Source: Octopus bimaculoides
Lineage: Eukaryota
Length of the DNA stretch: 32,833 bases
Assembly (NCBI RefSeq): GCF_001194135.2
Contig: NC_068998.1
Location: 40,908,932 to 40,941,764, forward strand
Reading direction: 5' to 3'
The notes under the pieces are model-generated. The model saw nothing but the letters and a program-made list of their open reading frames with translations, had not been told where the DNA came from and did no database searches. Each line of letters begins with the position of its first letter. The first letter of the stretch is position 1. Made by a program: the position numbers and the translations under genes. Positions 1 to 11,399 of this stretch are shown one piece after another.

Positions 1-37
1 TATATATATATATATATATATGTTCCATATATATATC

Positions 38-401
38 TTTTATCTGTTTCAGTCATTAGATTGCTGCCATGCTGGGGCACCACCTTGATTGAGGAACTTT
101 TTAGTTGATTGAATTGACCCCAAGAAAAATTTTTTTTTTAAGCCTGGTATTTATTCTACTAGTCTCTTTTTGCTGAACCACTAAGTTACTGGGATGTAAA
201 CAAAGTGTTGAAGGGAAAACACAGACACAAAGACACACAAACACATGAATATGACAAGTGCTTCTTTCAGTTTCTGTCTATCAAATTCACTCACAAAGCT
301 TTGGTCAACCTGAGGCTATAGTAGAAGACACTGACCAGAGGTATCATGCAGTGAGACTGAACCTGGAACCGTGTGGTTCGGAAACAAGCTTCTTAGCCAC
401 A
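38..401 (-). mobile_element. tRNA-derived SINE family A (CORE-like, resembles octopus OR2), diverged copy
   Basis: Reverse-complement similarity to copies at 6025-6295, 8002-8405 and 12872-13250, including AGCTTTGGTC..GAGGCTATAGTAGAAGACAC and the GTTTCAGTCAT tail. Confidence 0.8.
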
Positions 402-416
402 TCTCTCTCTCTCTCT

Positions 417-450
<34 letters not shown>

Positions 451-454
451 ATAT

Positions 455-897
455 ATCATCATCATCGTTTAATGTCCGTTTTCCACTCTGCCATGGGTTG
501 GACGATTTGATTGGGGAACTGGCAAGCCAGTAGGCTGCGCTGGGCTCCAATCTGATCTGGCAAGGTTTCTACAGCTGGATGCTCTTCCTAATGCCAACCA
601 CTCCAAGAGTGTAGTGGGTGCTTTTTACGTGCCACCGGCATGGGAGCCAGTCAGGGGTGGGTGGAGGACTGGCATCAATCACGTTTGGATGGTGCATTTT
701 GCATGTTACTGGCATGGGGAGCCAGTCAGGCAGCACTGTCATCGTCCCACGCTTGAATGGTACCTATTATGTGCCACTGGTATGGGTGCCAGTCAAGCGG
801 CACTGGCAACGGCTACAACTACAATTTCCATTTTGATTCCAATCTTGATTTGCTTTTGACTTTTGATTTTACTTGACTCAATAGATCTTCTCAAGCA
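455..897 (-). mobile_element. RTE-tail-like retroposon family C with (TGA)n tail and internal degenerate tandem repeats
   Basis: (CAT)n end; GGATGCTCTTCCTAATGCCAACC motif; three related GGCATGGGAGCCAGTCAGG-type units; second copy at 8627-8820. Confidence 0.6.
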
Positions 898-936
<39 letters not shown>

Positions 937-970
937 TATATATATTTACACCGTCTTGAAGGGTTTTAAT

Positions 971-1626
971 NNNNNNNNNNNNNNNNNNNNNNNNNNNNNN
1001 NNNNNNNNNNNNNNNNNNNNNNNNNNNNNNNNNNNNNNNNNNNNNNNNNNNNNNNNNNNNNNNNNNNNNNNNNNNNNNNNNNNNNNNNNNNNNNNNNNNN
1101 NNNNNNNNNNNNNNNNNNNNNNNNNNNNNNNNNNNNNNNNNNNNNNNNNNNNNNNNNNNNNNNNNNNNNNNNNNNNNNNNNNNNNNNNNNNNNNNNNNNN
1201 NNNNNNNNNNNNNNNNNNNNNNNNNNNNNNNNNNNNNNNNNNNNNNNNNNNNNNNNNNNNNNNNNNNNNNNNNNNNNNNNNNNNNNNNNNNNNNNNNNNN
1301 NNNNNNNNNNNNNNNNNNNNNNNNNNNNNNNNNNNNNNNNNNNNNNNNNNNNNNNNNNNNNNNNNNNNNNNNNNNNNNNNNNNNNNNNNNNNNNNNNNNN
1401 NNNNNNNNNNNNNNNNNNNNNNNNNNNNNNNNNNNNNNNNNNNNNNNNNNNNNNNNNNNNNNNNNNNNNNNNNNNNNNNNNNNNNNNNNNNNNNNNNNNN
1501 NNNNNNNNNNNNNNNNNNNNNNNNNNNNNNNNNNNNNNNNNNNNNNNNNNNNNNNNNNNNNNNNNNNNNNNNNNNNNNNNNNNNNNNNNNNNNNNNNNNN
1601 NNNNNNNNNNNNNNNNNNNNNNNNNN
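971..1626. other. assembly gap (N run)
   Basis: Run of N. Confidence 1.
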
Positions 1627-1664
1627 GAAATGAGGAAAGCATGGCCTACATAGGCTGTAAACAT

Positions 1665-1695
<31 letters not shown>

Positions 1696-1732
1696 GAGAT
1701 AGATATATGATGAGCTTGTATTTCTTTTTTTT

Positions 1733-1957
1733 TTTTATTGCCCACAAGGGGCTAAACATAGAGGGGACAAACAAGGACAGCCAAAGGGATTAAGTCGATT
1801 ACATCGACCCAGTGCGTAACTGGTACTTAATTTATCGACCCCGAAAGGATGAAAGGCAAAGTCGACCTCGGTGGAATTTGAACTCAGAACGTAACGGCAG
1901 ACGAAATACCGCTAAACATTTTGCCCGGCGTGCTAACGTTTCTGCCAACTCGTCACC
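1733..1957 (-). mobile_element. tRNA-derived SINE family B (Meta-domain-like), young full-length copy
   Basis: Reverse complement has GGTGACGAGTTGGCAGAAAC head, TTCTGAGTTCAAATTCC B-box-like motif, GCCTTTCATCCTTTCGGGGTCGATAAAT core and GGGCAATAAA tail. Confidence 0.85.
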
Positions 1958-2245
1958 TTGTATTTCTGGCATACAAGTTGAATTTTTCAAACCAAAAATT
2001 CCATGTGAAATGCAGCACGATTAGGAAAGGTAGAGGTAGAGCTTGTGCCTGAATGTTTACATTGTGTACTACATTGATTTGTATGCTGGAAAAATGGTAT
2101 GTAATGTTGGTGTGAATGAACAATGAAGTACAAATGAGCTGAGAGAAAGACTGCAATACAAAAGGAAATCAGATGTAGTGTGCAAGAGGAGAAAACTGTA
2201 CAGATAATATAGATAGATGAGTGATGTGTGTGAACGATGGCAGTT

Positions 2246-2476
2246 GGGGAGCTGGCAGAAACGTTAACACGCTGGGCGAAATGCTTAGTGGTATTTCGTC
2301 TGCCGCTACGTTCTGAGTTCAAATTCCGCTGAGGTCGACTTTGCCTTGCATCCTTTCGGGATTGATAAATTAAGTACCAGTTACGCACTGGAGTCGATGT
2401 AATCGACTTAATCCGTTTGTCTGTCCTTGTTTGTCCCCTCTGTGTTTAGCCCCTTGTGGGCAATAAAGACATAAGT
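2246..2476 (+). mobile_element. SINE family B, young full-length copy
   Basis: GGGGAGCTGGCAGAAACG...GAGTTCAAATTCCGC...CCTTGTGGGCAATAAAGA; inverted relative to 1733-1957. Confidence 0.85.
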
Positions 2477-2651
2477 TGGGGATAGAAATGGCAAGCATTA
2501 GAGATAGTTGTTGCATGCAAGAGACAAGACCACGTTGGCATGGACAGGTGGGTGGTGATGGTGATGTTAGTGGTAGTTGGCCTCTCTCTCTTGTTCAGTG
2601 ACAAGGAATCAGTTGTTTGAACAACAGAATAACCTGTTCCATCCAGGTCTG

Positions 2652-2750
2652 CAATAGAAGACACTTGCACAGGGTGCTATGCAGTGGGATTGAACCCGAA
2701 ACCACGAAGTTAGGAAGCAAACTCCTTAACCATACAGCCACACCTGTACC
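2652..2750 (-). mobile_element. SINE family A, head fragment
   Basis: AATAGAAGACACTTGC...GGGATTGAACCCGAAACC...ACAGCCACACCTG matches the family A head. Confidence 0.65.
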
Positions 2751-3310
2751 TACACACACACACACACACACATCCTAGCTTCAGCCAGTGGGAGAAAATT
2801 AAAATTAATTTAACAATATAGAAATATATAACTAAATTAAGCCTTTAGTAGTCACATTATTTTCTCAAAAGTAATGCTTTTTTTTTTAATTCACATTGTT
2901 TTGAATTAATCATGCATTATTTTGTATTTTGTAATCATGCATTATTTTGTATGTTTGAGATTTTGATGAGCTAATTGTTAAATTTTGGAATGGTGTTGTA
3001 GGGTTGGTGTGAGAGTCCAGGTCTGACGAGTTTGACCATAAAACAGGCAGAATATTTTGGCCAGATATGGCTGGCTGAAGGGTTAAATCTATATTGGCTG
3101 AGGACTGAACTAGTAACTGAATAGAAGGAAAAAGGACCAGAAACCTCCAGAACTGACACATACACACTTAACTTTGAATAAATAATGTTGTTCCACTCTA
3201 TTTAACACCATAGACTACTTTTGCTGTTTAATTGTAATTCACACTCGGGTGAACATAATCATATAGGTGTATTGAAGGGTTTTAATCATTTTAGTCAAAT
3301 AAATCAAGAA

Positions 3311-3590
3311 CAGGACTTACTGTTGAGCCTAGAACTTATTCTATCAGTTTATTTTACTGAACTGCTAAGTTATGGGGATGTAAACACACCAACACCGGTT
3401 GTCAAATGGTTATGGGGAACAAACAGACACAAAGATACACACACATATATATGACGGGCTTCTTTGAGTTTCTATCTACTAAATCCATTCACAAGGCTTT
3501 GGTTGGCCCAAGGCAATGGTAGAAGGCACTTGCCCAAGTTGCTATGCGATGGGACTGAACCCAGAAGCATGTGGTTGGGAAGCAAGCTTC
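3311..3590 (-). mobile_element. SINE family A, diverged partial copy
   Basis: Collinear with 8085-8380. Confidence 0.75.
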
Positions 3591-3960
3591 ATGACATACA
3601 CACACACACCATCATCATTTTAAGATCCACTTTTCAATGCTTGCATTGGTCAGATGACTACATTGAGGTAGATACTTCTTTTTTTTTTTTTTTTTTGCAG
3701 CTGGATGACCCTTGCTTTCATCAACCACCACTTGGAAACAAGTGAGGTAATAGTTTTCCAGTCCACTGACCAAACAGCCCAGACTCGTATTATGCAGAGG
3801 ACTGGAAACAAACAACACAGGCTGAATGAACTTGTTGTTTATGAAGATGACACATGTCAAGACTTGCTCTTATGGTGGACTGCAAGGAAATGACACTGTC
3901 AAGAAGCCATTATTACACACACACAATGATGATTATATTTGTATATATATGTTTATATAT

Positions 3961-4191
3961 CTTATTTCTTTATTGCCCACAAGGTCTAAACACAGAGGGG
4001 ACAAACAAGGACAGACAAAGGGGTTAAGTCAATTACATCGATCCCAGTGTGTAACTGGTACTTAATTTATCGACCACGAAAGGATGAAAGGCAAAGTCGA
4101 CCTCGGCAGAATTTGAACTCAGAACATAACGGCAGACGAAATACCGCTGAGCATTCCGCCCAGCATGCCAACATTTCTGCCAGCTCGCCGC

Positions 4192-4192
<1 letters not shown>
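3961..4192 (-). mobile_element. SINE family B, full-length copy
   Basis: Near-identical to 1733-1957. Confidence 0.85.
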
Positions 4193-4225
<33 letters not shown>

Positions 4226-4334
4226 ATATCTATATATATATATATATATGTTTATATATCTCTCATACATACATATATATATAGTTTATGTATATATATA
4301 AAGCATATATATGCACATACACACACACACAATG

Positions 4335-4491
4335 AGCTTCTTTTGGTTTCAATCTTCCAAATCATCTCAGAAGACTTTGATTGGCCTGAGGCAATAGTAC
4401 AAGACACTTGCCCAGGGGGAAATGCAGTGGGATTGAACCTGAAATCATGCATTTCAGAAGGAAACTTCTCAACCACACAGCTATACCTGCA
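4335..4491 (-). mobile_element. SINE family A, diverged 5' half
   Basis: GGCCTGAGGCAATAGTACAAGACACTTGCCCA...GGGATTGAACCT...ACCACACAGC. Confidence 0.65.
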
Positions 4492-5139
4492 CATCCACAC
4501 AGCTATCCACCCTTATGTATCTCTATATCTTCCTCCCTCCTCTGCTTTTACTCATCATCTACTGCTTTATCTATCATCCCTGAGCCATTTTCAGCTTTCT
4601 GTCTCTCTCTCTCTCTCCTTGCTGTCCATGCCCAATTCTGATACTTCCTATCAATATTTTCCCATGACCAGACATGTTTTTAAGGCAGACTGGAAATAAA
4701 GATGACACCTTCCATGATACTGACTCTTGTTTACAGCGAACATGCTATTGTCAAGTAAGGTGACAGTAACAAGTGGTAGTCTTCTATAAAAAAAAAAACA
4801 AAAAAACCTTGCACCTGGTAGACGAAATTTCGAGGCATAGACATTGATAATCAAACTGCCTACAACAGATAATAAAAGCTATGAATACACAAAACGTATA
4901 GGAACGCTCATATTTATGCACGTAGACAACTAACACACTGAATCAGCATAGCGTCAAATGTTTGTTTCCATTACGTTCAAAGGGCAGTAACTCTGTTAAT
5001 ATCCTTGCCTGAAATTGCATCCTATTCTAACAAAAAACAATATTGCACTGGCGCTGTTTATTTCTCATTCCGTTTTTAATTGGTGTTCTTTGATGAGACA
5101 ATTATATTTTGATAATGTGACTACTGAAAACAGGTACTC

Positions 5140-5320
5140 TTCATAGAAGACACTTGCCTAAAGTGCAATGCAGTGGGACTGAACCTGGGACCATGTGATT
5201 GAGAAGCAACCACATGGTAAGATAAGAGAGCTACTCCAGAGTTATTTGAAGAGTACATGTGTTTGTGGAATACTCAGTCATTTACATATTTATTCAGTTG
5301 ACTGAACATTTGAATCTTCA
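5140..5320. mobile_element. SINE family A head fragment (minus) followed by a family D body fragment (plus)
   Basis: TAGAAGACACTTGCC...GGGACTGAACC; then GTACATGTGTTTGTGGAATACTCAGTCATTTAC, related to 28340-28380. Confidence 0.5.
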
Positions 5321-6024
5321 CTGTCAAATGACAGTGGTCGTCTGCTGTCACCAGCACCAATAGCAACGAATCACCTCTTATCTGATGTAGTAACCCACAG
5401 TTTGTTATCTATTTCAAGTAGAATTGTTAGTTGTAACTTACTGTTGTTAGAAGCTACACACCCTTACATTATTGGCTACACTACAACACTCGAGATGAAG
5501 GAAAACCACTCTAACACTAATCTAATATGGCAGTACTTTTCCTTTTTATCTCCTACACAACATTTGAGCAGACACCTATAATATTTTGTGTGTGTTTCTC
5601 GCACTTTGTGCCTGTTGAGGCTGAGCGAAATGAAAGAAAATAATTAAAATAAAGAAACCAAGAGTAACAACAGAGTGAATGATCCATCTTGATCACATGC
5701 ATAAAGGTATTTTTCTCGTTCTATATTTAAAAACGTGTGTGTGTGTGTTGAATGTATATGAAACAATGGTGTATCTAAGACCGCGTACACACATGAACAA
5801 ACATCTTTTATCTATTTCAGTCACTGAAATGTGGCCATGCTGGAGCACCATCTTGAAGGCTTCAGGACAACAAATCAACTTCAGTTCCTTTTTTTTTTAA
5901 AGTATGATCTTATCCTCTCACTTTCTTCTGCCGGATCACTATGTTATGGCGACATAAACAAACCAACACCAGTTGTCAAGCAGTGGTGGGATAAATGCAG
6001 AATACCACACAAATATATACATAC

Positions 6025-6295
6025 AGGTGTAGGAGTGGCTGTGTGGTAAGTAGCTTGCTTACGAACCACATGGTTCTGGGTTCAGTCCCACTGCGTGGCA
6101 CCTTGGGCAAGTGTCTTCTACTATAGCCTCGGGCTGACCAAAGCCTTGTGAGTGGATTTGGTAGACGGAAACTGAAAGAAGCCCATCGTATATATGTATA
6201 TATGTTTCTGTCTCTGTGTTTGTCCCCCCAACATTGCTTGACAACTGATGCTGGTGTGTTTACGTACCCGTAACTTAGCGGTTCAGCAAAAGACA
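6025..6295 (+). mobile_element. SINE family A, young copy truncated by gap
   Basis: GGAGTGGCTGTGTGGTAAG A-box-like, GGGTTCAGTCCC B-box-like, CACCTTGGGCAAGTG CORE-like motif. Confidence 0.85.
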
Positions 6296-7086
6296 NNNNN
6301 NNNNNNNNNNNNNNNNNNNNNNNNNNNNNNNNNNNNNNNNNNNNNNNNNNNNNNNNNNNNNNNNNNNNNNNNNNNNNNNNNNNNNNNNNNNNNNNNNNNN
6401 NNNNNNNNNNNNNNNNNNNNNNNNNNNNNNNNNNNNNNNNNNNNNNNNNNNNNNNNNNNNNNNNNNNNNNNNNNNNNNNNNNNNNNNNNNNNNNNNNNNN
6501 NNNNNNNNNNNNNNNNNNNNNNNNNNNNNNNNNNNNNNNNNNNNNNNNNNNNNNNNNNNNNNNNNNNNNNNNNNNNNNNNNNNNNNNNNNNNNNNNNNNN
6601 NNNNNNNNNNNNNNNNNNNNNNNNNNNNNNNNNNNNNNNNNNNNNNNNNNNNNNNNNNNNNNNNNNNNNNNNNNNNNNNNNNNNNNNNNNNNNNNNNNNN
6701 NNNNNNNNNNNNNNNNNNNNNNNNNNNNNNNNNNNNNNNNNNNNNNNNNNNNNNNNNNNNNNNNNNNNNNNNNNNNNNNNNNNNNNNNNNNNNNNNNNNN
6801 NNNNNNNNNNNNNNNNNNNNNNNNNNNNNNNNNNNNNNNNNNNNNNNNNNNNNNNNNNNNNNNNNNNNNNNNNNNNNNNNNNNNNNNNNNNNNNNNNNNN
6901 NNNNNNNNNNNNNNNNNNNNNNNNNNNNNNNNNNNNNNNNNNNNNNNNNNNNNNNNNNNNNNNNNNNNNNNNNNNNNNNNNNNNNNNNNNNNNNNNNNNN
7001 NNNNNNNNNNNNNNNNNNNNNNNNNNNNNNNNNNNNNNNNNNNNNNNNNNNNNNNNNNNNNNNNNNNNNNNNNNNNNNNNNNNNNN
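6296..7086. other. assembly gap (N run)
   Basis: Run of N. Confidence 1.
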
Positions 7087-7283
7087 GACCAGAAAACACT
7101 TGCTCAAGACACTACACAGTGGGGCTATAAATCCAAGTTCACATGATTGGGAAGCTAACTTCTCGATTGTACAGATAGGAAATTTCAAAGTTTCACTGGG
7201 TATGTGGTTTATTAAAGCCATCATTATGAATAGGCAGCATAGCCAGCGGAATTTCGGTATCAAAAGAATTATAATAAACATTA

Positions 7284-7410
7284 AGGTAAAGGAAAAGACC
7301 CCCTTCGATCATGAATGACCATGGGATTGCACCTAGAAAGTTACCCTCCGAGGTACAAGTCCAGGCAAGGTGGCAAGGTTGTCTTATGGAAGACCAGCAG
7401 TCGCCCACGG
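7284..7410 (-). mobile_element. 3' end of a retroposon (AAGGTAAAGG-type terminus)
   Basis: GGTAAAGGAAAAGACCCCCTTCGATCATGAATGACC...GGAAGACCAGCAGTCGCCC recalled as a common octopus repeat; possibly related fragment near 18555-18600. Confidence 0.4.
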
Positions 7411-8001
7411 TTGTGAAACTGACGCTCTAACTACTGAGCCATGCGCCTTCATTAAAACATTAAATCTCACAGAAGAAATAAAAGAGATATTAAAATGAAC
7501 GACGAGACAGTAGTCCAAGGGAGATAACAACGTACTATCTTTAGAAATGACTTTTCATAAAGCTACCAGAGTTACTTCCCTTGGATCCATAACCCTATAT
7601 TGATTTCGAAACATTAATTTGAGCGCGAATGGCTGCTTGGGTCAACGTCCTAACTAGGATATTGATAATTTTCTGATGTCAGCAGTAGAGCAATTTCTCT
7701 ACAAATCAAGATACTAAACCTTGAAATGCTCCAGTCTACCTAGCTGTGAACAGGTGTAGATTGTTAATTGTGTTCGTTTTTTTAAGACGGTTAAGCAGTG
7801 AATATGCAAACGATGCGCCGCGAAAATATCTGTTTGTAACAAAGGCAGAAGACCAGAAATTTGGCGGGAGGGATTAATGCATTAAATATAGCCAAGTAGT
7901 GGAGTGACAGCCTACTTTAATCGTCACTGGAAGGTTGAACAGCAAGGTTAAACACGGCAGAATTTGAACTCAGAATGTTAACGAACCTCAATAATAATAA
8001 T

Positions 8002-8405
8002 ACTATTTTACTTGTTTCAGTCATTTGACTGCGGCCATGCTGGAGCACCGCCTTTAGTCGAGCAAATCGACCCCAGGACTTATTCTTTGGAAGCCTAGTA
8101 CTTATTCTATCGGTGTCTTTTGCCGAACCGCTAAGTTACGGGGACGTAAACACACCAGCACCGGTTGTGAAGCGATTTGGGGGGGGGGACAAACACAGTC
8201 ACACACATACATACATACATATATATATATATACATATATACGACGGGCTTCTTTCATTTTCCGTCTACCAAATCCACTCACAAGGCTTTGGTCGGCCCG
8301 AGGCTATAGTAGAAGACACTTGCCCAAGGTGCCACGCAGTGGGACTGAATTCAGAACCATGTGGTTGGTAAGCAAGCTACTTACCACACAGCCACTCCTG
8401 CACCT
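8002..8405 (-). mobile_element. SINE family A, young full-length copy
   Basis: Complete head to GACTGAAACAAGTAAAA tail; near-identical to 12872-13250. Confidence 0.9.
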
Positions 8406-8626
8406 ATATGATTATATTCTTGAGCGAGTTTAATATTTATGATGAATTTATTATCTTTGATGGGTGTGTAGTATGTACTTAGCACACCCACAATACATGA
8501 CTCTATGTCATTGACACTAACAAACAGGGCAGACATTAACAGTCACTCCCTAAAACTAGATTGTATCCAGTTTAAACAAAGGTTAAACCGTAACCGACTC
8601 TCTGTTTATCTATTTCTCTCTTACAA

Positions 8627-8820
8627 ATCATCATCATCATCTTTTAACATCTATTCACCATACTGGCATGGGTTGGTCAGTCGAACAGGAGCTGGCCGGC
8701 TGAAGAGCTGCTCAGGCTCCAGTTGTCTGTTTTGCCATGGTTTCTATGGCTAACACCAACCACTTCACAAAGTGGGTGCTTTGACATGGAACCAGTACAG
8801 GCATTTTTACATGGCACTGG
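8627..8820 (-). mobile_element. family C retroposon, diverged 3' fragment
   Basis: (CAT)n..CTGGCATGGGTTGG..CCAACCAC, similar to 455-620. Confidence 0.55.
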
Positions 8821-8995
8821 GGCCTGCTAATCACATCGACCCCAGTGCTCAACTGGCACTTATTTCATCAACCATGGAAAGACAAAAGGCAGAGGTTAAC
8901 CTCAGAGGCATTTGACCTCAGGACACAATGGGTCAGAAGAAATACTGCTAAGCATTTTGTCTTAAGTGCCAATGATTCTACCAGCTTGCCATTTA
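8820..8995 (-). mobile_element. SINE family B, diverged copy
   Basis: ATCGACCCCAGTGCTCAACTGGCACTTATTT...GAAATACTGCTAAGCATTTTG. Confidence 0.7.
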
Positions 8996-9018
8996 AAAAT
9001 AATAATAATAATAATTAA

Positions 9019-9262
9019 TTCGTTTTATTGGCCACAAGGGCTAATATCAATTAAAGACATATAAGGACAAAGACAGGACGAAGGTTACAAAAGGTTTTGT
9101 CCGAAAAGGTAGGAAAGTTCGTCTAAACAGAGGAAGAAAACGGAGAAAGATATAACGAATAAATAGATAAATAAATAAGTAGAACTCCCAAAGGGGGAGG
9201 CGCTTTGAAAAAGGAAAGGTTACACGTGGAAAAACCCATAAAACCACAGGAGCCTGGTCAGA
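9019..9262 (-). mobile_element. probable non-LTR retrotransposon 3' UTR sharing its tail with SINE family B
   Basis: Minus strand ends ...TTAGCCCTTGTGGCCAATAAAACGAA followed by an AAT/ATT repeat; upstream is pyrimidine-rich and unlike the SINE B core. Confidence 0.45.
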
Positions 9263-10014
9263 AAAAATAAGAAAGGGGTATAGAGCCCTTTCTCCTTATA
9301 ATAATAATAGGCAGCCATACTTAGATGTGATGAGCTGAAAATAAATTATTATTAAACAATTGAAGAAATAACTGAGATGTAGTCATTAAAAAATTAATAA
9401 AAATTACTTTCAGAAAGAGTATGGGAGAGAACTCTAATATTCCAGTTGATTAAATTAAACAGAGATATGCAGGAATGGGGGTGATGGGATGAGGATGAGA
9501 GTTTTGGTAGCTATGGCAACAATGCTGGACATATTTCAGTCTTATTAAGCCTCTTCAGAAGCTATTTCATCCCCAGCTCCACTCCAACATTTGCTGACAC
9601 TCTGTAAGGTTCAAGGGAAATCCACAATGGTGTACTACACTTTCATCAGGGACAGGGCTTCTACTGTACTCAGACATCCCGGATCACATCAAGAAAAGGG
9701 CTGATGGCACTCCATCACAATTGAACTGAGTCTAACTTCTCTTTGGCCCACAGACAAGCTCTATCCACTGTTTTTTCAAAGCTGGCTGGCCCTGTACCCC
9801 TCCACCATTCATTTTCCCTAACTATGCCCAGTCCTTCTTTCCCACCCCAAATTAACCCTCGCCTCAACTGGAATCTCCTTTATGCTAATGCTCTTCCTGC
9901 AGGTATGGACCTGCAATAGTTTAAACAGTCTTGGACAGTCTGCAAGGGGCATTGGCTCAATGCCTTTATTCAAACCCAGTATGCACAATAAAAAAAAAAG
10001 GAAAGAAAAATACA

Positions 10015-10125
10015 CTTGTGTGGCTGTGTGGCAAGAGGTTTGCTTCCCAGCCACATGCTTCTAGGTTCAGTCCCACTGCATGACACCTTGGACAAATGTC
10101 TTCTACTATAGCCTGTGGCCAAGCA
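10015..10125 (+). mobile_element. SINE family A, head fragment
   Basis: GTGGCTGTGTGGCAAG...GGTTCAGTCCCACTGC..ACCTTGGACAAATGTCTTCTACTATAGCC. Confidence 0.7.
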
Positions 10126-10170
10126 TCCTTCTTATATACACATACATACATATATATGTAGAGAGATATA

Positions 10171-10714
10171 CAGTAATGCCTAATATATGAGTTAATTTGT
10201 TCCTGGAGACCACTTGTAAAGCAGAGCAATAATTTTGCATAGTAGCAATGTTATAAATCGAAATTTGTTCTCAGAAAAATATTTTACCTATAAAATTTAT
10301 GATACTTGTAAATAAATGGCAATAAAACAACAGTAGAATGTAAAGAATATTTTATAGAAAGTAAAAAGAATATCAAGATCGTTTATAATAAAAAATATTA
10401 CCATCATAATTGTTTTCTGAATCACTGTCACTTGCACTAGACTTGCACACACCATCACTTATAGATGTGATTGCCGATTCACAAGCACTTGTAGACAGAC
10501 TTGCAGATTTCTTTTCAAAAAACAAGTCTAGAGTTGTTTGCTTAGAAGAAGCTTTTTTTCACTTTCTATAAATGTCTCAGTAACATGCAGAAGCATTGGT
10601 TATGGTAGTAGAAACTTTTGCACTACATTCAAAATGTGGATCTTGTTCTTGAGAAATAAAACTTGTAAACCCAGAGTCTTGTAAAGCGGGTCCTTGTAAT
10701 GTGAGGTATTACTG
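10171..10714 (-). mobile_element. non-autonomous Tigger/pogo-like DNA transposon (internal deletion derivative)
   Basis: TA flanks at 10169-70 and 10715-16; TIRs CAGTAATGCCT and CAGTAATACCT (rc); minus frame QEQDPHFECSAKVSTTITNASACY*DIYRK*KKASSKQTTLDLFF resembles the Tigger transposase C-terminus. Confidence 0.7.
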
Positions 10715-11232
10715 TACTAATATTTTTGGGTGTACCTGTATGTATACAAATAGGTTGTTGCCAACGATGTTTGGCAGCTACACCTCCCACAATAAAGCAC
10801 CAAGAAGTCCTCTTACCGACCAATAAACCTTACTGTTAACCAGCTGTATAAATTACAGTAACCTGCATTGAACTCTGAGGAAGGAGTGGTTGGCTTAAAG
10901 TTGGGGATTGAGGAGATCAGAGAGAGAGAGCAGGTCCTAGTAGCAGAGCTGCATGGTTACTCATACAAATGTTATTCAAAATTATTATCTGTTTATACTA
11001 TATCCTGTTAATAAGCACTGAATGTTTAGTAGAATCTCTGTGAACATTCAATTTTGTTTGAGTACATTAAATAGGTTTTGGGTACACTATATGTTATTTG
11101 AATACACTAAATGTTATAAATTATCCATCACTCAGTATAGTTCCTATGAAATGACAAACTGACACCATTATGCCTCCACATCCATTTCACTACTGGTTCA
11201 ACACTTCTCACTCCACTCCTGTGAGATGAACA

Positions 11233-11245
11233 AGGTCAAAGGTCA
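11233..11245 (+). promoter_or_regulatory. perfect DR1 nuclear-receptor element (candidate)
   Basis: AGGTCA-A-AGGTCA exact; function untested. Confidence 0.3.
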
Positions 11246-11267
11246 TATTAGCAGGTTATATTTATAG

Positions 11268-11362
11268 GCACAGGTATGGCTGTGTAGTAGTTGGCTTGCT
11301 TCTCAAGCATATGATTTTGGGCTCAGTCCCACTACGTGGCATCTTGGGCAAGAAAGAAGCCT

Positions 11363-11399
<37 letters not shown>

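Noticed and set aside
863-1692. ORFs of 230-256 aa
   Set aside because: Artefacts of reading through the N gap; the same applies to 6248-7318, 30381-30605 and 31213-31686.
4737-4754. 18-nt plus-strand microexon (TTTACAG|...|GTAAGG)
   Set aside because: The surrounding sequence shares motifs with 3795-3905, suggesting a repeat; no partner exons are visible.
6025-6110. tRNA-like A/B boxes
   Set aside because: SINE heads continuing into SINE bodies, not stand-alone tRNA genes; likewise 28268-28320 and 32360-32420.
10834-10874. 41-nt minus-strand exon candidate
   Set aside because: Splice signals are only moderate and it adds a stop to the exon-2 frame; not distinguishable from chance.
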